The notes beneath the pieces were generated by a model. The model worked only from the letters and a program-made list of their open reading frames with translations, was not told the origin of the DNA and did no database searches. Shown in pieces: positions 19,148-28,968 of a stretch of DNA of 64,000 bases. The DNA comes from Candidatus Melainabacteria bacterium (GTDB lineage Bacteria; Cyanobacteriota; Vampirovibrionia; 2-02-FULL-35-15): NCBI GenBank assembly GCA_016193285.1, contig JACPSL010000018.1, forward strand, positions 3,589 to 67,588, read 5' to 3'. The stretch's first letter is position 1. The number at the start of each line of letters is the position of its first letter. The position numbers and the translations under genes are program-made.

Positions 19148-20371
19148 ATGAGTCAAGCAAAGAAAAACTATTTTCCATTACTTTTTGCAGTAGCCTTTAC
19201 ATATTTTACTTTTGGAGCAATTACAAATGTAGCAGGTGCAATTGTACCTAAGATTAAAGAAACATATCAAGTAAGTGGCTCAGCATCTAGTTTTCTAGCT
19301 TCTGTTTTTTTTATTGCCTACGGCTTAACATCAGTTCCATTTGGTTTTGTAATTAATAAATACGGGACAAAATTTACTTTGCTCTTAGGAGCACTCATTA
19401 CTACAGCTGGTGTTTTTCTCTTTGCTAGTGTGCCTGGTTATTATCCAAATATGATTAGTATGTTTACATGTGGCGTTGGAATTACAGCTCTTCAAGTTAG
19501 CCTTAATCCTCTTGTTAAAGAAATTAGTAACCCTGAAAAGTATTCTAGAAACTTAACTTTGTTTATGGTCTTGTTTGGGGTTGGATCATATGTAGCTCCT
19601 CATGTTGTAACTTGTGTAAAGTCAAGAGGACTAGAGTGGAATTATGCATATTGGTTATTTACAGCTGTTTCAATAGTTATGTTTTTTTCTTTAGCTTTTC
19701 CAAAATATCCTTCCGAACTCAGGGCTGGACATGTCCAGCCCCTACAAAACTCAAAAACTGGATTTGTAGAACTCTTAAAAGATCCATTAATGCTTATGTA
19801 CACATTAGCGATTTTTCTTTATGTAGGAGTTGAAGTAGGAGTTGCATACAATATTGGACTTTTTTTAGAAGATGCTCATAATATTTCAACTATTTTAGGA
19901 AATAATGCTGAGAGTATTAAAAATTCAACAATTGCAAATTACTGGCTTGGTTTACTTCTTGGCAGATTATTAGGAAGTTTTGTTTTGGATAAAATTCCAA
20001 CTAAAAAAGCAATTCAAATTTATATTTCTTGTGCAGCTCTTGCTTTAGGAGTTGCAGTCTTTTCAAAAAGCTTAACTATTGTGTTGTGGGCATTTCCAAT
20101 TGTAGGATTTTTTATATCAATTATGTTTCCTTCAATTTATGGCCTTGCTATTGACTCTTATAAAAAAGAATATTCTGGCATAGTTTCAGGAATACTTTGT
20201 ACTGCAATAATTGGTGGTGCTGTAATTGCACCAGTAATTACAAAAGTTTCAGAAATAACAGGTTCATTACAAGAACCAAACTGGCATATTGCTATGTTAA
20301 TTGCTTTTGCTTGTTATGCATATATTTTTACAGTAGGGATTTGGGCAAAAGGAAAAAGAATAGAAGGATGA
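19148..20371 (+). CDS. MFS transporter (FucP/GluP-like sugar permease)
   Basis: About 12 hydrophobic segments; LQVSLNPLV, FLYVGVEVG, SIMFPSIYGLA, AIIGGAV. Confidence 0.85.
   Translation: MSQAKKNYFPLLFAVAFTYFTFGAITNVAGAIVPKIKETYQVSGSASSFLASVFFIAYGLTSVPFGFVINKYGTKFTLLLGALITTAGVFLFASVPGYYPNMISMFTCGVGITALQVSLNPLVKEISNPEKYSRNLTLFMVLFGVGSYVAPHVVTCVKSRGLEWNYAYWLFTAVSIVMFFSLAFPKYPSELRAGHVQPLQNSKTGFVELLKDPLMLMYTLAIFLYVGVEVGVAYNIGLFLEDAHNISTILGNNAESIKNSTIANYWLGLLLGRLLGSFVLDKIPTKKAIQIYISCAALALGVAVFSKSLTIVLWAFPIVGFFISIMFPSIYGLAIDSYKKEYSGIVSGILCTAIIGGAVIAPVITKVSEITGSLQEPNWHIAMLIAFACYAYIFTVGIWAKGKRIEG
19718..19745. repeat. GTAG-type palindromic element inside the MFS gene
   Basis: Perfect 20-bp palindrome GGGCTGGACATGTCCAGCCC (19722-19741) followed by CTAC. 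Confidence 0.8.
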
Positions 20372-20877
20372 AACATATAGTCTTTGCTTCTTTGCTTCTT
20401 TGTCTCTTTGCTTCTTCTGTATCAGCAAAACTTGGAAATAAGGTTCACGAAAATCAAAAACAATTTAGCAAAGAACTTTTTACAAGACAATTTTCTGAAG
20501 AAGGGAAAAATTTTTCTGGAAGAAAAGTTTACCAAGCTCCTTTTTACGGGTGGCAAATAGACACTATATATAAAGATGGGAGATCTTTCTCAGAAACAGC
20601 AAGACCTAAAGGAAATAAAGTTAGTAAAAAAATGATTACTGAAAGAGAAGCAAATATTATTGCAGATCTTTTATATCCTAAAAAAGAACGTGGTCAGTAC
20701 AGAAAGCAAATTAAAAATGCACATTTTATAAGTCATTTTTTTGAGCATGGTCTTGTAAGTTATGAAATGGCATTAGATAAAAGAAAAAAATATCATGTAG
20801 GAATTGTTGGGGTTAGAACTGTGTTATATAGTGATGGTGATATATTTAAAGACATTATGGTAAATGCATATCATTAG
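20368..20877 (+). CDS. Hypothetical exported protein
   Basis: ATG at 20368 overlaps the MFS stop (ATGA) and gives a signal-peptide-like MKHIVFASLLLCLFASSVSA. Confidence 0.65.
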   Translation: MKHIVFASLLLCLFASSVSAKLGNKVHENQKQFSKELFTRQFSEEGKNFSGRKVYQAPFYGWQIDTIYKDGRSFSETARPKGNKVSKKMITEREANIIADLLYPKKERGQYRKQIKNAHFISHFFEHGLVSYEMALDKRKKYHVGIVGVRTVLYSDGDIFKDIMVNAYH

Positions 20878-20886
20878 AAAAACATC

Positions 20887-21906
20887 CTAACTATTGTCAG
20901 GTAAATAATCTCTTAGCTTTGTACTTCTAACGGGATGTCTTAGTTTTCTTAAAGCTTTAAATTCAATTTGCTTAACTCTCTCGCGTGGAAGCTGAAATAA
21001 TTTGCTTACTTCATCTAAAGATCTTTGTTGACCATCTTCTAGTCCAAAACGTAAACAAATTAAATGTCTTTCTCTTTCATTTAATTCTTCTAAAACTTTG
21101 TTTAAGTCTTGCCTTAGGAATTCATTTGAAACCTGAGTGTCTGGCTGAACAATTGAATTATCTTCAATAAAATCAGATAGCTTTGTATCTTCTTCTTTTC
21201 CAAAAGGTGTTTCTAGTGAAACAGGTTCTTTAATTGCTTTTAGAATTTCATCTAGTTTTTCTTTTGAGATTTTCATTACTTTTGCAATCTCATCTTCTGA
21301 AGGTTTTCTGTTTAGTTGGTTTGCTAAGTAGTCAGTGATTCTACGAACCTTGTAAAGATTTTCTACCATATGTACTGGAACTCTTATAGCATTTCCTTTA
21401 TCAGCAATTGCTCTTGTAATTGCTTGTTTTATCCACCACGTTGCATAAGTAGAAAATTTAAAGCCACGGCTGCCATCAAATTTTTCAACAGATTTCATTA
21501 GACCTATGTTTCCTTCTTGAATTAAATCTAAAAAATTTAATCCTCTTCCTAAATATCTTTTAGCAATTGAAACTACCAACCTTAAATTGGCTTGAATTAA
21601 TTTTCTTTTAGCAACTTCAGCTTCTTCTCCGCCCTGTGAGATTGTTTTTGAAATTTCTAACTCTTCTATTGGTTTTAAGAGAGGAACCTTTCCAATTTCT
21701 TTTAAGTAAAGTTTAACTGAATCATCAATTGGTACATTTATATCTAAGAAAAAGTCATCAAAAGTATCTTCATCAGTAAAGGTCGTGATTTTATCCTGGT
21801 TATTTTTTGTAGTATTGTCTTTCAAATTTTTAACTGGTGAATCGTGATAAACGTCACATGTAACAAGATCACTTAAGTGATTTTCTGTTACTTTTAATGT
21901 ATTCAT
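20887..21906 (-). CDS. RpoD/SigA-family RNA polymerase sigma-70 factor (short, no region 1.1)
   Basis: [53 protein letters not shown], region 4 HTH. Confidence 0.92.
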   Translation of the reverse strand: MNTLKVTENHLSDLVTCDVYHDSPVKNLKDNTTKNNQDKITTFTDEDTFDDFFLDINVPIDDSVKLYLKEIGKVPLLKPIEELEISKTISQGGEEAEVAKRKLIQANLRLVVSIAKRYLGRGLNFLDLIQEGNIGLMKSVEKFDGSRGFKFSTYATWWIKQAITRAIADKGNAIRVPVHMVENLYKVRRITDYLANQLNRKPSEDEIAKVMKISKEKLDEILKAIKEPVSLETPFGKEEDTKLSDFIEDNSIVQPDTQVSNEFLRQDLNKVLEELNERERHLICLRFGLEDGQQRSLDEVSKLFQLPRERVKQIEFKALRKLRHPVRSTKLRDYLPDNS

Positions 21907-22035
21907 TTTTTACCCCTTATTGTAGAAAAAATAACTCTGAGGTACTAAGCCCACATGAACTAATAAAACTCATGAAGTTTAGCGTTTTGTTAACAACTTT
22001 ACGTTCTTGCTGTTTGTTAAAAATACGTTAAGTAG

Positions 22036-22881
22036 TTGAGTTTAAAATCTAATCCCGCAAGTCCTGATAGAGTAGTAAATATGTACTATTTTGAATTTGA
22101 TTCAAAAAAAGTTCTTCTACATTGTGGAGATTGCTTAGATATCTTAAAAAATTATAATGAAAATATATTTGATTGTATTTTTGTAGATCCACCTTATCTT
22201 TTATCTAACAATGGTTTTACATGTCATTCGGGCCAAAGAACATCAGTAAACAAAGGCAATTGGGATATAAGTAAAGGTCCTGAATATGATTTTGAATTTC
22301 ATAAAAAGTGGCTGTCTGAATGTAAACGAGTATTAAAACCATCCGGAACAATTTGGATAAGTGGTACATATCATTCTATTTATTTATGTGGTTTTCTTTT
22401 ACAATTACTTGGATTTCACTTGTTAAATGATATTTGTTGGTTTAAGCCAAATGCTCCACCAAATTTAAGTTGTCGTTATTTTACATGTAGTCATGAAACT
22501 TTAATATGGGCAAAGAAAGATAAAAAATCAAAGCACTATTTTAATTACAAAACAATGAAAGAAAATAGCTGGCATGATGATCTTTTGAAAAAAACAAATG
22601 CCCAGATGCGTACAGTCTGGTCAATAACTTCGCCAAAAAAAGAAGAAAAAAAGTTTGGTAAACATCCCACGCAAAAACCAATTGCATTATTAAAAAGAAT
22701 TATTCTTGCAAGTACTAAAGAAGGAGATTTAATTTTAGATCCTTTTTGTGGGAGTTCTACAACTGGCATTGCTGCACATATATTAAATAGGAGATTTGTT
22801 GGAATAGATATAGAAAAAAAATATCTTGATATTGGAATTAAAAGATTTGAAGAATCAAAATGTCAACTCCCGCTATTTTAA
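22036..22881 (+). CDS. Site-specific DNA methyltransferase, beta class (N6-A/N4-C), DpnIIB-like
   Basis: DPPY motif IV before DPFCGS motif I; KHPTQKP; LSN.G....G...SVNKG.WD segment. Confidence 0.88.
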   Translation: MSLKSNPASPDRVVNMYYFEFDSKKVLLHCGDCLDILKNYNENIFDCIFVDPPYLLSNNGFTCHSGQRTSVNKGNWDISKGPEYDFEFHKKWLSECKRVLKPSGTIWISGTYHSIYLCGFLLQLLGFHLLNDICWFKPNAPPNLSCRYFTCSHETLIWAKKDKKSKHYFNYKTMKENSWHDDLLKKTNAQMRTVWSITSPKKEEKKFGKHPTQKPIALLKRIILASTKEGDLILDPFCGSSTTGIAAHILNRRFVGIDIEKKYLDIGIKRFEESKCQLPLF

Positions 22882-22918
22882 GGTTGGATCTCTAAACTTG
22901 TAGTAAAATATTATAGTT

Positions 22919-23275
22919 ATGCGTAAGTCAATTTTTTCAAATAGAAAATATATTTTAAGCTCAGGTCGTGAGATTGATCTAAGTGCAGAACATATAGGTA
23001 ATAGAGTTATTGTTTCAGGTATGTTTAATTTTTTAGATCCAGTTCAAGAAATTGGACATTCAGCATTAATCAGGATAGAAAATAATCAAACAGTTTCGTT
23101 TGAATCAATTGGTGCAAAAAATATTGATGATGAAAATTTAAAAGAAATTTTAAAACCAATTGAAGGACTAAATGGTTCAGACAATAATTTAAAAATATTT
23201 GAACTAAATGAATTAATTAGTGTAATGCAACAGTTTTTACAAAAGATTGATAAAGAACTAGCTACAAAGAAATAA
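22919..23275 (+). CDS. Hypothetical protein
   Basis: 118-aa ORF directly after the methyltransferase; no motif. Confidence 0.55.
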   Translation: MRKSIFSNRKYILSSGREIDLSAEHIGNRVIVSGMFNFLDPVQEIGHSALIRIENNQTVSFESIGAKNIDDENLKEILKPIEGLNGSDNNLKIFELNELISVMQQFLQKIDKELATKK

Positions 23276-24026
23276 TGTCTGACCTCATTACTGGTCCATC
23301 AATGCAGGTTCTTAAATGTTTTTCACCTGTTTTTATTACACATGACATACAAACACCAAAGCCACAAGCCATATATTCTTCAAATGAAACTTGGGCAATA
23401 ACATTAAAATCATTACAAACTTTAATAACACTCTTTAACATTGGTGTTGGTCCACACACAAATATTTCCTGATTTTTATTTTTCTTTAATTCATTAATAA
23501 GTAGTTCCGTAACAAAACCTTTTTTATCTGAACTACCATCATCTGTTATAGATTCAACATCACCATATTTTTTTAATTCTTCAGTACAAATAAGATCATC
23601 TTTTGTTCTTGCTCCAAAAAGTGTTTTAACTTTGTAGCCTTTTTCATGGGCAATTCTTGCAACAAGTGGAAAAGTTGCAATTCCAATACCACCAGCAACT
23701 ATTAAGATAGACTTTTGTTTATTTTCAGGGTAAGTAAATCCTTTTCCTAAAGGCCCATTAATAAGTATTTGATCTCCAATTTTTAATTTGCTTAAAAAGC
23801 TAGTGCCTTCTCCAATTACTTTATAAAGAAAACCAATTTTATCCTCGTTTATTTCATAAATGCTAAATGGCCTAAGGAGATACTGTCCTGATTCCATCAT
23901 TACAAACTGTCCTGGAGTTATATTTGAAACAATTCCAGGAGCATAAAACCAACTTACATAATAGTCTTTTCCAACTGATATATTTTTTATTAGTTTTGCT
24001 TTAGTTAAAACTTGCTTAGAAAGCAT
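23262..24026 (-). CDS. pyrK: Dihydroorotate dehydrogenase electron transfer subunit
   Basis: PGQFVM, LRPFSI, GGIGIA, CGPTPML, MACGFGVCMSC and CIDGPV 2Fe-2S motif. Confidence 0.88.
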   Translation of the reverse strand: MLSKQVLTKAKLIKNISVGKDYYVSWFYAPGIVSNITPGQFVMMESGQYLLRPFSIYEINEDKIGFLYKVIGEGTSFLSKLKIGDQILINGPLGKGFTYPENKQKSILIVAGGIGIATFPLVARIAHEKGYKVKTLFGARTKDDLICTEELKKYGDVESITDDGSSDKKGFVTELLINELKKNKNQEIFVCGPTPMLKSVIKVCNDFNVIAQVSFEEYMACGFGVCMSCVIKTGEKHLRTCIDGPVMRSDIISL

Positions 24027-24033
24027 TCTAGAG

Positions 24034-24261
24034 TTAAAACCTAATTATTCCCCAACCAACTAATGCAGAAGAGAGCATAAATACTCCTGCTGTTATCCAT
24101 GTTAATTTATTTAATCCTGCTTCTGCTTGAGAAGGACCACTAAATAAACTTGCTTGACCACCAATACCACCAAGTCCTTCACCTTTTGCAACATGCAAAA
24201 GAACTAAAGCTAATAATGCAATTCCGCTTAAGACTTGAACAGCTACTATAAAATATGCCAT
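24034..24261 (-). CDS. secG: Preprotein translocase subunit SecG
   Basis: 75 aa, two TM segments around VLLHVAKGEGLGGIGG; L.KLTW. Confidence 0.88.
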   Translation of the reverse strand: MAYFIVAVQVLSGIALLALVLLHVAKGEGLGGIGGQASLFSGPSQAEAGLNKLTWITAGVFMLSSALVGWGIIRF

Positions 24262-24276
24262 AACAAAGTTATTTTA

Positions 24277-25059
24277 TCACAACAAACCCCTGGTTGGATT
24301 TGTAAATAAAGAGACAAATATTTTAAACAATGCAGGAAGAAGGATTAAAAGAAGTATAAGAGCAATTGCAGGTTTTATTGAAAAGCTAATTTGAAAAGCA
24401 TTTATTTGTGGTGCAGCTCTTGACATTATTCCTAAAATTAAATCAACTGCAAGTAAAAAAATAACTATGGGTGATATGATTAAAAATCCAATAATAATTA
24501 CATCAGCACTTATTCTAAGTAGTTTGTCAAAGCTAAAATTTATTTGATGAATGACTACAGGAAATGTCTCATAGCTTTTGTAAAATCCTTCGATTACTTT
24601 TTCAAGACCTCCCATTGAGATAAATATTATTAAAGCAATCATCTCAAAAAATCTTCCAATGATTGTACTTTGAACTTGATTTCCTGGATCAAATACAGTT
24701 GCTGCATTTAAAGCCATTTGCATGTCTAGCATTTCACCTGCAATTCTTCCAATTTCTAGTATTAATTGAGCAACCCAACCAATTAACATACCAACTAAAA
24801 CATTCATTACAATTAAATAAACAAACTCAAATTCTTTTGGATATTCTTGAGGTACTTCTAAAAGTGGCATTAAAATTAAACTTAAAATAATTGAAAAAGT
24901 AATTCTAATAGGAGCTGCGATGGTTCTGTGAGATAAAAGTGGTGCAGTACTTGCGAATGCAACTGAACGAGTAAAAACTAAAAACCAAACATTTATAATG
25001 CCTCCTAATTCTTGCAGTAGTTTTGCTTGGTTTACAATAATATTTGAAATCTCAAACAT
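24277..25059 (-). CDS. fliR: Flagellar export apparatus protein FliR
   Basis: AGEMLDMQMAL, LGIMSRAAPQINAFQISFSIK; in a fliPQR cluster. Confidence 0.88.
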   Translation of the reverse strand: MFEISNIIVNQAKLLQELGGIINVWFLVFTRSVAFASTAPLLSHRTIAAPIRITFSIILSLILMPLLEVPQEYPKEFEFVYLIVMNVLVGMLIGWVAQLILEIGRIAGEMLDMQMALNAATVFDPGNQVQSTIIGRFFEMIALIIFISMGGLEKVIEGFYKSYETFPVVIHQINFSFDKLLRISADVIIIGFLIISPIVIFLLAVDLILGIMSRAAPQINAFQISFSIKPAIALILLLILLPALFKIFVSLFTNPTRGLL

Positions 25060-25075
25060 GGAATTTCTTACTTTT

Positions 25076-25846
25076 TTACTCCAGCCAATTAGCTCTTTCA
25101 GTTTGCTCGTTTTTTGTTTCCTGGCTTTCTATATTTTCTTCTTCCACTTGTTGTGGTTCAGTATTTGTTACAGTAGAATCCTGAAGAGGTATTTCAGTTT
25201 GTGGAGGCCTGGCTTCAACAGGCGGAGGCAGAGGCGGAGGTAATGTCTCTACTTGTGTTTGAGGCTCTTGAACTTGCAATTGAGATTCAATTTGTGTCTG
25301 AGGTTGAGGTTGAATAATTGGTGCTTCAATTGGCAAGGCTCCCTTTAAAGGGGCTATTGGAACTGTTAGTACTTTTGGTATTTGAGGCACTGTTTGTACA
25401 GAAGGAAGAGAAGGTTTACTTATTGGTGGAGGCTTCACTATTTCAGGAGAACCTAAATATGGAATTCCTTGAGGTATTTCTAATACCTCGTTTTCAATTT
25501 TTTCAACGTTAGGTACCTTTTCAAAACCTTCTTTAAATTCACCCTTTGTAGAAACACCTGTTGGAATAACTTTTTGAGACTGACGAGGAATAAAAGTAAA
25601 TGCAGATGATAATGTCTTGGTAGTGTATTGATTTAAATATTGAAACATCCAAAAACCAAGAGAAATAATGAGAACAAAAACACCAATTATTTTTAAGGCT
25701 GACCCAATTGTTTGTTCCTGAACCTGTGTTGCTGCTTGAAGAACACCAATAACAAGACCAATAAAAGCAGCAGCTAAGACAAGCGGTCCTGAAATTACTA
25801 AGACTACAATTATCCCGTCCCTAATTGCTTGCGGCATCCAGTTCAT
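25076..25846 (-). CDS. fliQ: FliQ with ~170-aa Pro/Gln/Glu-rich C-terminal extension
   Basis: The first ~85 aa carry GLVIGVLQAATQVQEQT; the gene lies between fliP and fliR. Confidence 0.8.
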   Translation of the reverse strand: MNWMPQAIRDGIIVVLVISGPLVLAAAFIGLVIGVLQAATQVQEQTIGSALKIIGVFVLIISLGFWMFQYLNQYTTKTLSSAFTFIPRQSQKVIPTGVSTKGEFKEGFEKVPNVEKIENEVLEIPQGIPYLGSPEIVKPPPISKPSLPSVQTVPQIPKVLTVPIAPLKGALPIEAPIIQPQPQTQIESQLQVQEPQTQVETLPPPLPPPVEARPPQTEIPLQDSTVTNTEPQQVEEENIESQETKNEQTERANWLE

Positions 25847-25865
25847 AAAAACAATTGCTCCTTAG

Positions 25866-26528
25866 TTAGTTAAAGCTTTGTACTAGGCCTTTAATTATAA
25901 GCGACCAACCATCAATTGCTACAAATATTAAAAGCTTAAAAGGTAAAGAAACTATCGTTGGTGACAACATGATCATACCTAAAGCTAATAAAATGTTTGC
26001 AACTATTAAATCAACTACTAAAAACGGAATGAAAATTAAAAATCCAATTTGAAATGATGTTCTTAATTCACTTAATAAAAATGCTGCTATCAAATGCCTG
26101 AATTCTACATCTTCAGGAGTGTCTGGATTTGGAGTATTGCTAATGCGGTAAAAAAAAGCTAGGTCTTTCATCTCAGTTTGTTTTAGCATAAATTTTCTTA
26201 AGGGCTTATATGCTTCAGTAACTGCTTGTGGGACACTGATTCGTTGATTGCTTAAAGGAATTAAAGCTCTTTCATTTATCTCATTTAGTGAAGGTCCCAT
26301 TATGTAACCAGTAATAATTATTGCCATTCCAATTAAAACTAAATTTGGTGGTACTTGTTGTGTACCAATTGAAGTTCTTAAGAGCGACAAAACAATTACT
26401 ATCCTTAAAAAAGGTGTCATTGTCATTATTATTAATGGAAGCATTGATAAAATCACAAGCAATACAGTGATTTGTAGTGATGGTTCTAAATTTGGAAGAA
26501 TGTTTTGCCAGTTCATTTTTGTAACCAT
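25866..26528 (-). CDS. fliP: Flagellar export apparatus protein FliP
   Basis: TPFLRIVIVLSLLR..GTQQVPPN, SELRTSFQIGFLIFIPFLVVDL, SLPFKLLIFVAIDGW. Confidence 0.93.
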   Translation of the reverse strand: MVTKMNWQNILPNLEPSLQITVLLVILSMLPLIIMTMTPFLRIVIVLSLLRTSIGTQQVPPNLVLIGMAIIITGYIMGPSLNEINERALIPLSNQRISVPQAVTEAYKPLRKFMLKQTEMKDLAFFYRISNTPNPDTPEDVEFRHLIAAFLLSELRTSFQIGFLIFIPFLVVDLIVANILLALGMIMLSPTIVSLPFKLLIFVAIDGWSLIIKGLVQSFN

Positions 26529-26794
26529 TAATTTATTATTTTCATTTCTTTGTGAGATGAAAATAATTTTATTTTTTCTTGTAGTGATATTTCATATAAA
26601 CCTGACTGTGAGCTAAGCTTGGTTGATTTAATTAAATTTCTTTCCTTTAAACAATTTAAGACAAGTATAGGTAATGCTTTTGCTTCCTTTGCTATATAAA
26701 ATGCTACAAGACTTGCTAATCCAGATCCAAGAAAAATTGTTGTTAGTTTAATAAGAAAAGAAAAAACATCTTTCATTTTCTTAGCTTTCTTCAA
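26528..26794 (-). CDS. Small single-TM protein in the FliO position
   Basis: 88 aa with one TM segment, between fliM/N-like and fliP; synteny only. Confidence 0.4.
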   Translation of the reverse strand: MKKAKKMKDVFSFLIKLTTIFLGSGLASLVAFYIAKEAKALPILVLNCLKERNLIKSTKLSSQSGLYEISLQEKIKLFSSHKEMKIIN

Positions 26795-27965
26795 GATTTT
26801 CTAATTCATCAGCAAAAGTTGCTTTTTTTTCACTCTTGCTTTCTTGTTTATCAATCAAATCATTTATTTCTACTCCACCAGGTGAACCTTTTAATCCTCT
26901 TTTTGCTCCAATTAAAAGATCAGTTACTCTCAGACCAAACTGATTTCCAACAATTACTAATTCTCCTTTTGCTACTGGCTTACCCTGGGCAGTTAAAACA
27001 AGTTCAGAATCTAAAACAGAACCTAATGGCAATACTCCACCTGACTTAAGTTCTAAAACTTGTTTTAAGGGGATCATAATTTTCTGAAACTCTGCAGTTA
27101 ATTCCAGAGGGAGACTTGAAAGTGGATCTTCTTCAATATTTTTTGGCCTTATCATTTCACTTGCTAGCTCGTTAATATTTCCTATTTCTTTTAAATAAAC
27201 CGGGTGATCTTCTTCAGGTAAGACGAGACTAATTTCACCTAAGTGCCAGTTAAATTTGCTTGTGTCGCTATCTTCAAATATTATGAGATCTTCTAGCTCA
27301 ATTGACTTAATTTCATTAAACGATAACTTAGTGCCCCCTACTAAAAAACCTACAGGCACTTTTATACCGGTATTAGCAAGTTTGTTTAAATCAACAATAT
27401 CTCCTGCACTTGTCTTTGTAATTTCCTTTGGCCTGAAACTTGCAGGTATACCATAAGCAATTCTTCCAATCTCACCTTCATTAGACTGAACTACCCAAAC
27501 TAAATAAATTAAATCCATTAAAAAAGGATGTTTAGCATCAACTTCCCAGTATCCTTTCATTTTTGTTTCAACGCCCCCTAAAAATGATTGAAGAATATTT
27601 AATTCTAGTTCATTAACTTTTTTTATATTAAATGGACGATTTACAGGAGATTCACCAAAAGTCTGATTTAACAAAAACTCAGTAAGCTTAGAATCAATTC
27701 TTATTTGTCCGTTATAGCTATTGTGTTGCCATGAAGCACCTATGCCAATCCAATTATTTGGATCTAAATCAAGTAATATTGCAATTAGTTTTGTTCTAAC
27801 TTTAATTCCAAAAAAATTTTGGATGACATCATTTATTTCTATTTTTTCATTTGACCAAAGATGTAAATTATCCATAAGAGGCTCATTAATAATTTGAAAT
27901 GAGTCTGGTTTAAATGGATTTATGCCTAATTGTCTAATTAGCTCCTTATTTTTGTTTTTTATCAC
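26781..27965 (-). CDS. FliM/FliN-family flagellar switch protein (SpoA domains)
   Basis: C-terminal LPLELTAEF...LELKSGGVLPL...VAKGELVIVGNQFGLRVTDL SpoA domain plus a second degenerate SpoA repeat. Confidence 0.8.
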   Translation of the reverse strand: MIKNKNKELIRQLGINPFKPDSFQIINEPLMDNLHLWSNEKIEINDVIQNFFGIKVRTKLIAILLDLDPNNWIGIGASWQHNSYNGQIRIDSKLTEFLLNQTFGESPVNRPFNIKKVNELELNILQSFLGGVETKMKGYWEVDAKHPFLMDLIYLVWVVQSNEGEIGRIAYGIPASFRPKEITKTSAGDIVDLNKLANTGIKVPVGFLVGGTKLSFNEIKSIELEDLIIFEDSDTSKFNWHLGEISLVLPEEDHPVYLKEIGNINELASEMIRPKNIEEDPLSSLPLELTAEFQKIMIPLKQVLELKSGGVLPLGSVLDSELVLTAQGKPVAKGELVIVGNQFGLRVTDLLIGAKRGLKGSPGGVEINDLIDKQESKSEKKATFADELENLEES

Positions 27966-28076
27966 AGTAACATTATTCCCTTAATTAGGGGAAAACCTAC
28001 AATGTGCTATAAATATTATCTGAAACTTAATTTTTAATACATTTATTTTAGTGACTGCTGTATTATAAAAACAAAA

Positions 28077-28952
28077 ATGCCTGAAATTGAAGTCCCAGAT
28101 TTTTTTGTACCAAACCCAAAACAAGATCCAAGACTAAATGATTTAGTTAATTGGTTTAAAAAGTTTTGGGGTTACTTAATCTTTGTATTAATAATGCTTT
28201 TATTTCTTTCTGGTTCAATTGTAAAAGTAGATGCTGGAGAAAGAGCAGTTGTATTTAATATCTTTGGTGGCATAGAAAAAAGAGTTCTTGGAGAAGGGAT
28301 ACACATTGTTTTGCCACCAGTCCAATTAGCAACAATTTATGATGTTAAACAAGCAACCTATAATTTTACTTCAGATGAACAAGGCGGGCAAGGACAAGTA
28401 GTTGGAAGAGAAATACATTCACTAACATCTGATGGACAAAAAGTTGATGTGGAACTTTCTGTAAGAGCTAAACCACAACCAACTGAGCTTTGGAAATTAC
28501 ATAAAACTATTGGGCCTGACTATGCTTCAAAAGTAATATTTCCTAAAGCAAGATCAGTATTAAGGGAAGTACTTTCAACTTATCCTGTTGAAGATGTTTA
28601 CAGTGTAAAGAGGCAAGAAATACAAAACGAAATTCAAGAACAGCTTACAAATGATCTTGCAAGAAAATATTTTATTGATGTAGAAGAAATCTTAATTAGA
28701 AATGTAAGATTTTCAAAAGAATTTCAAGATGCAATAGATCGCAAACAACAAGCATTTCAGGAATTTTTAAAAATGGAATATGTTCTTGCTAGTGAAAGAG
28801 CCAAAAAAGATGCAAAAATCTTTCAAGCAGAAGGAGAAGCTAAAGCAATAAATCTAAGAGTTAATGCCTTAAGAGCAAATCCAGATTTTATAAAATACAG
28901 GAGAGCACAAATTTTTGGGAGGAAGGCAAAACTAATACTTAGCAATGAGTAA
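28077..28952 (+). CDS. SPFH/prohibitin family protein
   Basis: V.AGERAVVFN, LGEGIH, LTSDGQKV, LIRNVRFSKEFQDAIDRKQ. Confidence 0.88.
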   Translation: MPEIEVPDFFVPNPKQDPRLNDLVNWFKKFWGYLIFVLIMLLFLSGSIVKVDAGERAVVFNIFGGIEKRVLGEGIHIVLPPVQLATIYDVKQATYNFTSDEQGGQGQVVGREIHSLTSDGQKVDVELSVRAKPQPTELWKLHKTIGPDYASKVIFPKARSVLREVLSTYPVEDVYSVKRQEIQNEIQEQLTNDLARKYFIDVEEILIRNVRFSKEFQDAIDRKQQAFQEFLKMEYVLASERAKKDAKIFQAEGEAKAINLRVNALRANPDFIKYRRAQIFGRKAKLILSNE

Positions 28953-28968
28953 TGAGGAACAATAAATA

